A stretch of 63,836 nt of DNA, counting the filler, from Lenisia limosa (taxonomy: Eukaryota; Protista; Breviatea): assembly GCA_001655205.1 (NCBI GenBank). It is 12 parts of 12 records of this genome, joined end to end, with 100 filler letters (N's around TTAATTAATTAA, not from the genome) between each part and the next. Parts side by side here need not be neighbours in the genome. Positions count along the whole stretch, not along the records: positions 12,467 to 14,655 come from LPNZ01000157.1; positions 14,756 to 17,365 come from LPNZ01010002.1; positions 17,466 to 32,779 come from LPNZ01011396.1; 9 more parts are not named here. One strand, given 5' to 3'. The notes beneath the pieces are model-generated. The model ran no database searches and was not told the origin of the DNA. It saw only the letters and a list, made by a program, of their open reading frames with translations. Position 1 is the stretch's first letter. Each line of letters starts with the position of its first letter. Positions 13,200 through 23,925 of the stretch are shown here, piece by piece. A program made the position numbers and the translations under genes.

Positions 13200-14400
13200 G
13201 ACTTGGGTGTTCAGAGATGTGTTGATAACCTAAAGGGTAAGGCACTGTTCTCCTTGAAGGGCCGTCCAGAGTGGGTAAAGAATGAGCCAATTATGGTGTT
13301 GATGGGAGGCACAAAGGAGTTGTAAGGCAAATAATTGGACAATTCGCATGATGGTGTCGTCGACTTGCCCTTACAACTTTCCATGGCGTGAGAGAATACA
13401 CTAACTGCTATATCTTGATTGTTATAGTTTCTACGCAACATCTACGCAACATCTACGCAACCTCTACGCCACCTACGGTGTATCGAAGCTCATCAAGGTA
13501 GAGAGAGTACCACATGAGACCGCAGACGACGACAAGACCAATAAGGAAAGTGATCTAAAACGATCACAAAGCCGCTAAATAAGGAAAGTGTCTAAAACGA
13601 TCACAAAGCCACTAAATAAGGAAAGTGATTCACCATTGCCCGTACTTGTTGTACATTACAGTGAGGGCTTCACTCTGGTCCGAAAAAAAGACTGATTTTT
13701 TCGATAAATCCTCGAAAAACCCTCGATAAATAGCATCGGTCTTTTTTGGAGCGAAGTGAAGCCTTTATTAATTATAGTCCACACAGAACATATGAGCCTG
13801 CATACCCAGAAGGAAACCATCATGGTGATCCAGAGTCTTTGGGGGTACTTGAAACCTCCTTGGAATGTCTACACAGTCAAAAAAGTAAAAAAAATGTAAC
13901 AACGTGGTCTTCGGGCAGTTAACTCGCAACAAAAACAAAACAACAATAAAAATCCCACAGTTGACACCGGAGTAAAGCCTTTCATCATCAAATATTGGCT
14001 ATTATTTGGTTGTTTATGGTATGTTCTTCACAAGAGGTATGATGATATGTTGGCAAATATCCACTGGTTATCCCCATGGTTTGTCTTAGTTTTTTACTGT
14101 TTATATGATTCTTGAATCTGTAAATCAGAGCTTCATTTCGGTTCCATCGAGAAAAATCGGAATAAGTCATTTTGTAAAACCTAAGTAAGCTCTAATGTAA
14201 ACCCTCCACACCAACCTTATAAGGCTGGGGCTTAGTCCAGAGAATGCTCTTCACAATACCGCTGAAGCTTTTGCGAATAGTTCTTAGAATCTTTCCGATA
14301 ATACTCAGTTTGTTGAGAGGGTCCTGGAATGATGAGATTGTTGAGGAATGTTGACCCATATCCACTAGTGATATGATCATATGACCGACTTTCGAGTCGA
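13200..14400 (-). CDS. Hypothetical membrane protein, exon fragments only
   Basis: Coding-like stretches QDPLNKLSIIGKILRTIRKSFSGIVKSILWTKPQPYK, WIFANISSYL and GGFKYPQRLWITMMVSF. I could not build a coherent model. Confidence 0.25.
13664..13765. mobile_element. MITE family A (~95 bp, TIR AGGGCTTCACTTCGGTTCGAAAAA, usually TA-flanked)
   Basis: About 20 full or partial copies, e.g. 19494-19588, 24296-24387, 24646-24747, 25719-25807, 26355-26450, 41853-41928, 46783-46867, 50726-50815, 51025-51115, 52975-53052, 54236-54309, 55229-55325, 62887-62975, 63563-63659. Confidence 0.85.
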
Positions 14401-14754
14401 AATGACGAACGAAGATAGCACTAGGGTTCATCCCGAGTGTATCAAAGTTTAATTGAGACTTGTCGGTCAATTATCACTTATCACACGAGTAGATATGAGG
14501 TGAAAGGGGTGCGGACCTTTGAGGCACTTAGTGTATAATATGCATATTATACATACTATTATATATTACTTGAACTTCACTTTCGGTTTTTAAAAGGAAT
14601 TATCGATTAATTTTTAAATAATTGAAGCGTCTTGAGAGCCTACAGTAGTACATATNNNNNNNNNNNNNNNNNNNNNNNNNNNNNNNNNNNNNNNNNNNNT
14701 TAATTAATTAANNNNNNNNNNNNNNNNNNNNNNNNNNNNNNNNNNNNNNNNNNN

Positions 14755-16388
14755 NCTGGAACAGCGGGTTTGTGTCGTTCATCGAGGTCAGCAACTCGCT
14801 GCCTTTCTTCTTGAATAACCTAGAAGGTGACTCAAGGTATAAAGTACTGCTTTGATTACGTTCCAAAACCTCAATGAAATTCTTATACGTTTGACAATAA
14901 GTACCATTTTTGTACTATTGCACCTCCCCCCCCCCCCCAAGGGNNNNNNNNNNNNNNNNNNNNNNNNNNNNNNNNNNNNNNNNNNNNNNNNNNNNNNNNN
15001 NNNNNNNNNNNNNNNNNNNNNNNNNNNNNNNNNNNNNNNNNNNNNNNNNNNNNNNNNNNNNNNNNNNNNNNNNNNNNNNNNNNNNNNNNNNNNNNNNNNN
15101 NNNNNNNNNNNNNNNNNNNNNNNNNNNNNNNNNNNNNNNNNNNNNNNNNNNNNNNNNNNNNNNNNNNNNNCTCGGGTATCCCTAAACAACAAACCAGTGA
15201 AACACGGAAAAGCTATTTTAAACGCCCTATTACCCTAAAGAAAGGCATTTGTACACTCTGAGGGTCTCGTCAGTACATGACATCATAATGACGGGAATGT
15301 CAGCCAATTTGTCGTCGTCACGGATGTGCCGTAACAGTGTTTCTCCATCCATTTGCGGCATGGAAACCTGGTGAGAGTGTGATCAAGAAGGAGGTACACA
15401 ATGGAAGGGAATATTTATGTGCTTGCCTTCATGGAAAGAGACCATTTTCTAGTCTGAATATTCATTGGGTGGATGGATGGAAGAGGTAACCAGAATAACA
15501 GGAAAAAAAAAATTGAGTTAGGCATCATATATCCAGCATCATCGTATAAACTGGTGAAGTTTCATTATCTAAAAATGAATCCATAACGCAAATAGACCCT
15601 TTATAAAACAATACTAATATGCAGTGATGTGGCCATGAAATATCTCATCTTCTGTAGATTCAGTAAATCCGTAAAATGGTGGGGTGGAGGCAAACCATCA
15701 GCCCTTTCATATCCCCCAAACATCTGAAATAATAAGCTGGTACGACATTCCAGGCCGTCTGAGGAGCTCAAGTGCCTTCTGGCCACTCGTTGTGGTATCA
15801 ACTATTAAGATCAGCAAAAGTAGCCACTGATGATATGTTTACTGCCGACGTGTACCAAGACCGGTTACCCTGAGTTCATTCCCACTTCAAAGCACAACAA
15901 TACATATAATCAAGCCAGTGATCGCTCGTACCTGTGTAGCCACATTGTTTGAGGGAGGCTGATAAGATCTTCAGTGTAACCTAGGAAGCAGTCAACTTGT
16001 GGATTCAGCAAATAGCAAACCTGCGAAAAGAGACTTTTATACAGTATTATGATTAAAAAAAGGTAAGAAGACCGCCAATTACCATATCATCATCGACTGC
16101 AAGAACGTTGATTGACGCAGGGTCGAAAGTAACAGGTGAAACATCCGGAATAAGCCCATCACGATGTGGACTTGGCGGGGCAGTCGAGTCAAAGAGCCTA
16201 CAATGTTCAGTACTCGGACAATTTCACAAAGCTGAAAAAACAACAAACCTTCCCCTTGATCCTTGCGATGTAATCGGTGAAGATGGAATAGAAGGTGACG
16301 TTACACCACTTAGTGAGGGGATTTGAAGAGCGGGACGAGCCGCTGATTTTGTAGGCATCATTGACCTTTCTGGTGAAGCTAGCGTCAT
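14755..16388 (-). CDS. Response-regulator receiver-domain protein with Ser/Pro-rich N-terminus; 3' part missing
   Basis: MTLASPERSMMPTK.., INVLAVDDDM|TLKILSASLKQCGYT, SGQKALELLRRPGMSYQLIISD|VSMPQMDGETLLRHIRDDDKLADIPVIMMS..VYKCLSLG. This is a canonical CheY-like fold with the acidic pocket and the phospho-acceptor Asp. Confidence 0.85.
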
Positions 16389-16719
16389 TGAGTTGTGTGT
16401 TTGTTCCTATTTGCGCATTCTATCCTGCCAACTACTATCTATTAGAAAAACTACTAATGGTACAAACTTCGAGAGGTTCTTCCTACAACTAATGGAACTC
16501 AATGACTAACTATGATTCTAGAACAACAAGATTAATTCTGGTGTGACCCCTGGGTGACTTCGCTTTTATAGTGGAAGTACCGTACCGGGAATCTTACAAA
16601 AACACAAAAATGCCTGAAATGCCTCCCATATATAAAGAGAGTAAATGTGAAATATATGACAACAGTTTAAAGGTAATTTAGTAAGGAACTCTTTAAAACT
16701 GGCTTCCTTTCTTGGACAA

Positions 16720-17312
16720 ATGATGAAGTTTTCAATTCTTCTGTTCATCCTTGCCAGCGTTTGTCTATCATGCTTTGCTGAGAAAACTATTGTCCACATT
16801 ATTCCGCACTCACATCTTGACCCTGGTATGATCCCCACCTCAACATTGCCCATAGTTTTCTTCATCCCCCTCAAGGTCTTCTTAAATACTCCAGAATTGC
16901 CTTTTATGTTCCGAAAAGAATAAATTGCTCATTTTTACTCGTGTTTTGTAAATATATATATATATATATNNNNNNNNNNNNNNNNNNNNNNNNNNNNNNN
17001 NNNNNNNNNNNNNNNNNNNNNNNNNNNNNNNNNNNNNNNNNNNNNNNNNNNNNNNNNNNNNNNNNNNNNNNNNNNNNNNNNNNNNNNNNNNNNNNNNNNN
17101 NNNNNNNNNNNNNNNNNNNNNNNNNNNNNNNNNNNNNNNNNNNNNNNNNNNNNNNNNNAATTCAGATTTATTCGTTTATGATTCCAAAATTATCGCTGTT
17201 ACAGGGTGGCTGAAGACAGTTGATGGGTACTATTCGAGCGAAGTCTCGCGCATCATCAATGGCGTGCTCGCAAGCCTCAAGGCCAACCCGAGCCGGACGT
17301 TTACCTGGGCTA
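16720..17312 (+). CDS. Secreted/lysosomal alpha-mannosidase, GH38; first two exons only
   Basis: Signal peptide followed by VHIIPHSHLDPG|WLKTVDGYYSSEVSRIINGVLASLKANPSRTFTW (GH38 HxD..GW motif). Confidence 0.85.
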
Positions 17313-17799
17313 CAACGTGGGCTCAAGGGCATCTGATATTGGAGGTTCATTCGCCCCGCCCCCCCNNNNNNNNNNNNNNNNNNNNNNNNNNNNNNNNNNN
17401 NNNNNNNNNTTAATTAATTAANNNNNNNNNNNNNNNNNNNNNNNNNNNNNNNNNNNNNNNNNNNNGGGGGGGGGGGGGGGGAGGTGAAACAGAAAATTTT
17501 GATAAAGAATTAACAAACCCTTTGGGAAACACTTATACGACGACTACAAACTGAAATCAGCTTGTACCCTTTTGTTCAAAATACCTGATGTTGGAAAGCC
17601 TTTTGATAATAGACAACTATGGTAGATATCTAGTATTTAATCTTGTCCATCAATGAAAACATATTAACTATATATTAACAAATGAACATCTCAATAATAG
17701 ACAAAGTGCTATGAATTATAATTAAATCCCAAGGGACACAAAAGAAGAGGTTATAGGATAAGAAATAAATCTGTTGATCAATGAACAGTGATGGGATAT

Positions 17800-17967
17800 T
17801 TGAAAATGCTGGTCCCACATACGGAGAATTTCCAATCAAAGGTAACCTCTTTCATGTCGGGGAAGTCAGTGGGTGGTTGGCAAGAATGTTCAGATTGTAC
17901 TTGCTCGCATCTTCGGAAAACTGCCCGCTACTAAGAGCAAGACTGCAAACAAAGACAAAAGCCTCAT
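17800..17967 (-). CDS. Hypothetical secreted protein, 5' fragment
   Basis: MRLLSLFAVLLLVAG signal-like start and PTDFPDMKEVTFDWKFS before a GTATG donor; head-to-head with LUC7. Confidence 0.35.
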
Positions 17968-18122
17968 TTGCATCGCTAAAAAAAGTGATTTCTTGTCTGC
18001 GCAAACCTGTAAAATTATAATTTAAATATGCGCGTGGTGCGCGTCCTTTTTTATTTGGAGAATTTTTCAATTAAGACCTCTTTTGTACTTAAAGTTGCAG
18101 AACTTGCCGTATAATCGACAAA

Positions 18123-21100
18123 ATGGATAACAAATCACTCTTGGATGAGCTCATGGGCAAGGTGGGTTTTTCTTGTCAAGTTATATCCCCTACTTGGCGG
18201 CTTCAGTGCTCTTACATTGTTAGGATATGGTCTAATTGAGTGTAGGACAGAGACCTCCTCCCCGACGAAATTGTTGAAAAGGTCATTGATTTCATGTGAG
18301 CGTTGGGGCCTTCTACGGACTGTTTATATATATGTAATGGAAATAGAAAGAGAATTAGGCCACATAATTGGGTTAATGCGTCTCTAGGGACCGTAAGTTC
18401 TGCTCAGGCTTCCTGCTGGACTGCTGTCCCCACGACATGTTCACTAACACCCGTTCTGACCTTCGTGAATGCCCAAAGATCCATTCCCAGGACGCGGTTG
18501 ACGAGTAGGCTTCCCCCAATAAAACGAAATATATCTGGTTTTCTGTTGTGACCCAAGATATAACTCCTCTCTCCGACCAACAATGTTGTTATTTGCGTAA
18601 CTATGTGTTATTTTTAGGGTTATTGTGGAATGGAATCAGGTTTTAATCAGTTTTTTTTTTNNNNNNNNNNNNNNNNNNNNNNNNNNNNNNNNNNNNNNNN
18701 NNNNNNNNNNNNNNNNNNNNNNNNNNNNNNNNNNNNNNNNNNNNNNNNNNNNNNNNNNNNNNNNNNNNNNNNNNNNNCCCCAATTAAGCGTGATATTGTA
18801 TTTTGTATATATGGTGACCTCCCCTCCGTGATTAGTGCCTTTCTGCCTCTGCAGAAGCGACTAGCCTGGGCTTTGTTTGTTTTGTTTGTCTGCTAACAGA
18901 GTTAATTTTTTGTTGGTTTTTATTTCATACATTCTCTTTCACCCCCCCCCCCCCNNNNNNNNNNNNNNNNNNNNNNNNNNNNNNNNNNNNNNNNNNNNNN
19001 NNNNNNNNNNNNNNNNNNNNNNNNNNNNNNNNNNNNNNNNNNNNNNNNNNNNNNNNNNNNNGGATGCTATCCCCTACCTCGAGAAAATGATCCGCGACGC
19101 TGATAGAAAGTGGGGCGGGGGTAGAAATGGGATAGAAAATGTAAATATAAAAATAAAAAAACAAAATCGTAATAGCAATATTGCTTTTAGCATAACTCTA
19201 ATTAAACCTAGGGTTGCGAGTAACAAATTCCGCCTTGACGATGAGTTCCACAACATGCCAGTGACTCTCAACGAGGATTCGTAGGGAGGAGGGTATTGTG
19301 CTGTGCTTTGGTCGGAGTTTCAATTGTTTTTTTTTTTGTTTTTGTTTTTTTGATGTTTTGCNNNNNNNNNNNNNNNNNNNNNNNNNNNNNNNNNNNNNNN
19401 NNNNNNNNNNNNNNNNNNNNNNNNNNNNNNNNNNNNNNNNNNNNNNNNNNNNNNNNNNNNNNNNNNNNNNNNNNNNNNNNNNNNNNNGGCTTGGCTTCAC
19501 TTCGGTCTGAAAAAGACCGGTAAATTATCGATAATTTTCGAGGATTTATCGAAAAATTCAGTTTTTTTTTGAACCTAAGTGAAACCCTACCCACATCCCG
19601 GACACACATCCCCATTGTTTGTTTGGAGTCCCACCCCATTGTTTGTTTGGAGTTTCAGATTATTCGCCCCACCCCATTGTTTGTTTGGAGTTTCAGATTA
19701 TTCGTCCCACCCCATTGTTTGTTTGGAGTTTCTGATTATTCGTTCCACCCCATTGTTTGTTTGGAGTTTCAGATTATTCGGTTCGTGATTAGTACCTTTA
19801 CGCCAATATTCTNNNNNNNNNNNNNNNNNNNNNNNNNNNNNNNNNNNNNNNNNNNNNNNNNNNNNNNNNNNNNNNNNNNNNNNNNNNNNNNNNNNNNNNN
19901 NNNNNNNNNNNNNNNNNNNNNNNNNNNNNNNNNNNNNNNNNNNNNNNNNNNNNNNNNNNNNNNNNNNNNNNNNNNNNNNNNNNNNNNNNNNNNNNNNNNN
20001 NNNNNNNNNNNNNNNNNNNGGCCGAGTCTATGGGAGAGGAAGGCGACGTGGAAGGCGCCCGCAGAGTGGGGGGATATGTGGCTGTGTGTGTGTGGGATAT
20101 TTTACCTTTTTACGAGTTGATTCTGAGTTTTTTTTTTTGTTTCGATAGCTCCCTTTTTACTAGATGGGGTGCGGTGAAGTGGGCCTGGGCTTGGTTTGTT
20201 TTGTTGTTATCAACCCTTGTGTGTTGTCAACCAACAGAGTTGATTTGGGTTTCTTTTTTTATTTATTTCATAAATTTCACCATTTTACCGCCTCCCCCCA
20301 GCGCATGGCAGAGGTTGAGCGCATGATGGCGGCCGATAAGGAGGTACAGCGCCGCATTGAGCAATCTCTTGAGGGCTACTCCCGCCTTGAGTCACAGATG
20401 ATGGTGGGGGGTTGCTGGTACAGGCTGGATGGGAGTATTATGGTAATTTGTTTTCGGTATCCCTATATGTAATTAGATAATTCTTGCCCTCTTCTGAGTT
20501 TTGATTATTATGAGAGAGGGGCTTATTTGTAGTTACAGATTATTTTTCGGTACGCGCAATGCTCTTCATTAACTTGACTCTGTTTTTCTTCTCTTTACAC
20601 CCAGAGTCCTTTCTCTTGTTTATCTTCCCTTTACAGCAGGTTGCTTTGTTTTACGCCCTTTTAGGTTTGCGACGTTTGCGGTGCCTTTGTGATGGAGGGT
20701 GACCACAAACGTGTGGAAGCTGGAAGAGAGCATGGACTTGGTTGGGGGGGGGGGGGCTTTTNNNNNNNNNNNNNNNNNNNNNNNNNNNNNNNNNNNNNNN
20801 NNNNNNNNNNNNNNNNNNNNNNNNNNNNNNNNNNNNNNNNNNNNNNNNNGCAACTTTCTTTTGGAGAAACTAAACGAAGTTTTAACAAGTTTCTTTGCCA
20901 CGTGGTCGTGTTTTCTCTGTTAACTCCCTAGAATCCTTGGACGACAAACAATCTCGCCACCTTGCCCATATTGGAGGTATGAGAGTTTTTTTTTTTGGAC
21001 CGAAAGTCCAGTTTGTTTCATACCCCCAGGAAAGGTGCATTTAGGCTACGTCAAGATCCGCCAACGCCTAGCTGAGTTCCAGGAGTTTATCGAGAAGCAA

Positions 21101-21316
21101 CGGTGGGGGTTTATCGAGAAGCAACGGTGGGGGTTTATCGAGAAGCAACGATGGGCGTTGGGCATTGGGCTGCACTTCAGTTCAACAGTCCGTTAATATA
21201 TCGATATTCATCAAGGATTTATCGAGAATTCAGTCATTTTTTTGTAACCGCAGGGAAACCCTAGATAAAATGGTTAAGGGGGGCAGTGCATACACACACA
21301 CGCACACACACACACA

Positions 21317-21363
<47 letters not shown>

Positions 21364-22474
21364 CCTCTCTCTCNNNNNNNNNNNNNNNNNNNNNNNNNNN
21401 NNNNNNNNNNNNNNNNNNNNNNNNNNNNNNNNNNNNNNNNNNNNNNNNNNNNNNNNNNNNNNNNNNNNNNNNNNNNNNNNNNNNNNNNNNNNNNNNNNNN
21501 NNNNNNNNNNNNNNNNNNNNNNNNNNNNNNNNNNNNNNNNNNNNNNNNNNNNNNNNNNNNNNNNNNNNNNNNNNNNNNNNNNNNNNNNNNNNNNNNNNNN
21601 NNNNGGCTTGTATTTGATCATGGGGTTAGGGTTGTGAGTTGTCAGATTATGACCTTCGAATCGGGTGTATAGTGTGGTATAACAAGGGTTTTTTTGACTC
21701 CTTCCCCTCCCCCCTCCCCCAATAGGGGGCCAAATATGCCCTTAATAAGGTTCTTTGTCTTACTCTTTGCAGGGACCGCTACGATGACGATGATAGGCAT
21801 CTCAGAAGAGAAAGGTTGGGGATGACGATGATAGGCATCTCAGAAGAGAAAGATTGGGAGGGTAATGTTATACCTATGTATTTATTGTTTCCCTAGATTT
21901 CTAATGCATGGAAACAAATATGGATACAGGAGGGGGTATGGAAGCAATAAATATTCCAATTTTACGTTATTATGAGTGTCCATTACTCACCCCCCATAGC
22001 TCCAGCCGATACGACGACAGAGACCGCCGTGACCGTGACAGAAGTGATCGGGACAGAAGTGATCGGGACAGAAGTGACCGTGACCGTCGTGACCGTGATA
22101 GATATGACAGGCGCGACCGCGACCGCTATGATGATCATAGATCATCTTCCCGGTTTGGGGCTTTATTTGCGTTGATATAAGATATCATTTTGGTATTGAT
22201 GATTTTGTGATATGCTAGGTTTCAGAACGTTATATTGTTGACCATTCTTCCCATAATATTGTAAATAGGGGTTCTCGATAAATCCTCGATAAATATCGAT
22301 ATTTTACCAGTCTTTTTCTAATCTTAGGGTGCAAAATGACACCTTCAAATAACAGATATTGGTATTTTGTGATATACCTGAAATTATTGGCTGGCAATAT
22401 GATATACTGGTCAATGTTTTTTTTCAAAACAGACCTGACCCCTCAGGTCCAGCAGCCGCAGTAGCCGCTATTAG
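18123..22474 (+). CDS. LUC7: U1 snRNP-associated LUC7-like protein; multi-exon
   Basis: MDNKSLLDELMGK, DRKFCSGFLLDCCPHDMFTNTRSDLRECPKIH (zinc finger 1), AESMGEEGDVEGA, VCDVCGAF..HLAHIGGKVHLGYVKIR (zinc finger 2), and an RD/RS-rich tail ending RSSSRSSRY*. Confidence 0.92.
19597..19785. repeat. Intronic minisatellite, ~38-bp unit x ~5
   Basis: Unit CCCACCCCATTGTTTGTTTGGAGTTTCAGATTATTCG, immediately after a MITE-A copy. Confidence 0.9.
20176..20300 (+). repeat. Repeat family C: sense-oriented intronic element near 3' splice sites (type copy)
   Basis: Consensus TGCAGAAGCGACTGGCCTGGGCTTTGTTTGTTTTGTTGTTATCAACCCTCGTGTGTTGTCAGCCAACAGAGTTGATTTTGGGCTTTTT..CCCCAG; 13 or more full or partial copies in the window (see findings). 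Confidence 0.85.
21290..21373. repeat. (CA)n(CT)n microsatellite
   Basis: Direct observation; abuts an N gap. Confidence 0.95.
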
Positions 22475-22805
22475 TTCCCAATGTATTGTTATGTTTCTTG
22501 TATCCAAAACGGCTGTTAGGTTGGGAGTCTCAGATATATATCTATATATATTATATATATTTTGTTACAGGAGGAGTTGAGAGGAGTGCAGGAGGAGGCT
22601 GAATCAGGATAAGGGGACGAAGGAATGAATGACAAATGAAGGGGCCATAAAAGGTAACAACTAAATATTTTGAGAATTGAGTTTGAAATTGAAAGAGGTT
22701 GCTGTTCTGTTTTTGTTGTTATATATATATATATATATATATAGATATATCTATAAAAGAAGAAAGAAAAGAGTGAGAGACACACAGAGGAAAGAAGAGA
22801 GAGCA

Positions 22806-23925
22806 ATGATCTCCATCCCCCTGCTGCTCTTCAGTCTCTCCTGCGCCCTCCTTCCCTTAACTCAAGGCTTCATCTACTCAGTGCCCCAAGGGACCGTGAT
22901 CGAGGCCTCTTCTGTCACTACGGACGAACTCATCTCCAATCACATCACAATTGGCCACTTGAATTTCACTGATGGTTCCTCCAGTAAGAAGCTGTTATTG
23001 ATTAACTAACTTATGATGATGATTTGGGGGACGGGTCAAATTAAATCAGGAATAAGAAATAAACAACAGACAGAAAGGAGTTGAAATGGATATTTAAGAT
23101 TCTGCTCATAACTCACAACTCATGCTCTTTGGTGCATACTGCAAGTGTGAAACTGTAAAACTCCTTATTGAATATCTTTTAAACCCACAATGGGGCAACA
23201 TGCGATGCTTGATAAATGTGACAATAAGACATGGTATCGACAAGTGACCCAACAAGCAACAAGCAACATATTAACTCTTTTACTTGTTTTAGTTATAATT
23301 ATCACTTTGTTTTATTTCACACATCTAAGTATCTACCTTTTAAATAATATCACCGTTTTTATAACAACATAAGCGCAGAAAAACCATTGTTTTTTTGTAT
23401 TTTGCAGCCAGATTAACCCTATACGCATAATTAGCCCTGCGAGCTTGGTTGGGTGAATTATTTCTCCCATAATTCAATATCTCCTATAAACGTGATGGTT
23501 TGGACATCTTCAGGCAGATGCAACGTATTTTTACATCATACATGATTAACTCGACAGTGACCACTCGCGGTGCCTCTTTGGCCGAACTTGACAACCTGGA
23601 TCGTGGGCTCGAGGATATGAGTCCTTGATGATAAGTCTTGACCGATATGGAGATTTTCGTTCAGAAAAGTTGCCAACTTTCCACAGTTAATGAATATTTT
23701 CTGATTTTTTAATGAATAATTAGGGTGGAGACAGGTGGTTATTTATGGAAAATTTCATGAAAACAGCCTTTTTGTGCTTGAGGAAGTTCAACCAATAACA
23801 CCGCAGAAAGACGTGCAATTCCGATGCGCTCGCGCCACTCTATGACCCTCAATAACGGCCTGGACGATTGGAATATGTCCGGTAACCTCGACTGCAACAT
23901 TACCCTCAATGATACCGTGGGGAGG
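22806..23925 (+). CDS. Hypothetical secreted protein; first exon clear, later exons tentative
   Basis: MISIPLLLFSLSCALLPLTQG signal peptide + FIYSVPQGTVIEASSVTTDELISNHITIGHLNFTD; later coding-like stretch MTLNNGLDDWNMSGNLDCNITLNDT ending at GTGGGG. Confidence 0.4.

Noticed and set aside
13664-13765. MITE-A or MITE-B as intron-generating introners
   Set aside because: Copies lie inside introns or intergenic DNA and do not define splice boundaries.
13800-13870. GGFKYPQRLW resemblance to STRA6-like proteins
   Set aside because: It is a single short motif recalled from memory, with no coherent gene model to support it.
17300-17330. Possible non-canonical (GC) donor in the GH38 exon
   Set aside because: A GT donor (ACAAC|GTGGGC) lies a few nt downstream; this cannot be decided without cDNA.
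19597-19785. Minisatellites as CRISPR arrays
   Set aside because: The units are head-to-tail without unique spacers, in a eukaryotic intron context.
3252-22474. Non-standard genetic code
   Set aside because: TAA, TAG and TGA all terminate reconstructed genes, and apparent in-frame stops resolve as introns.
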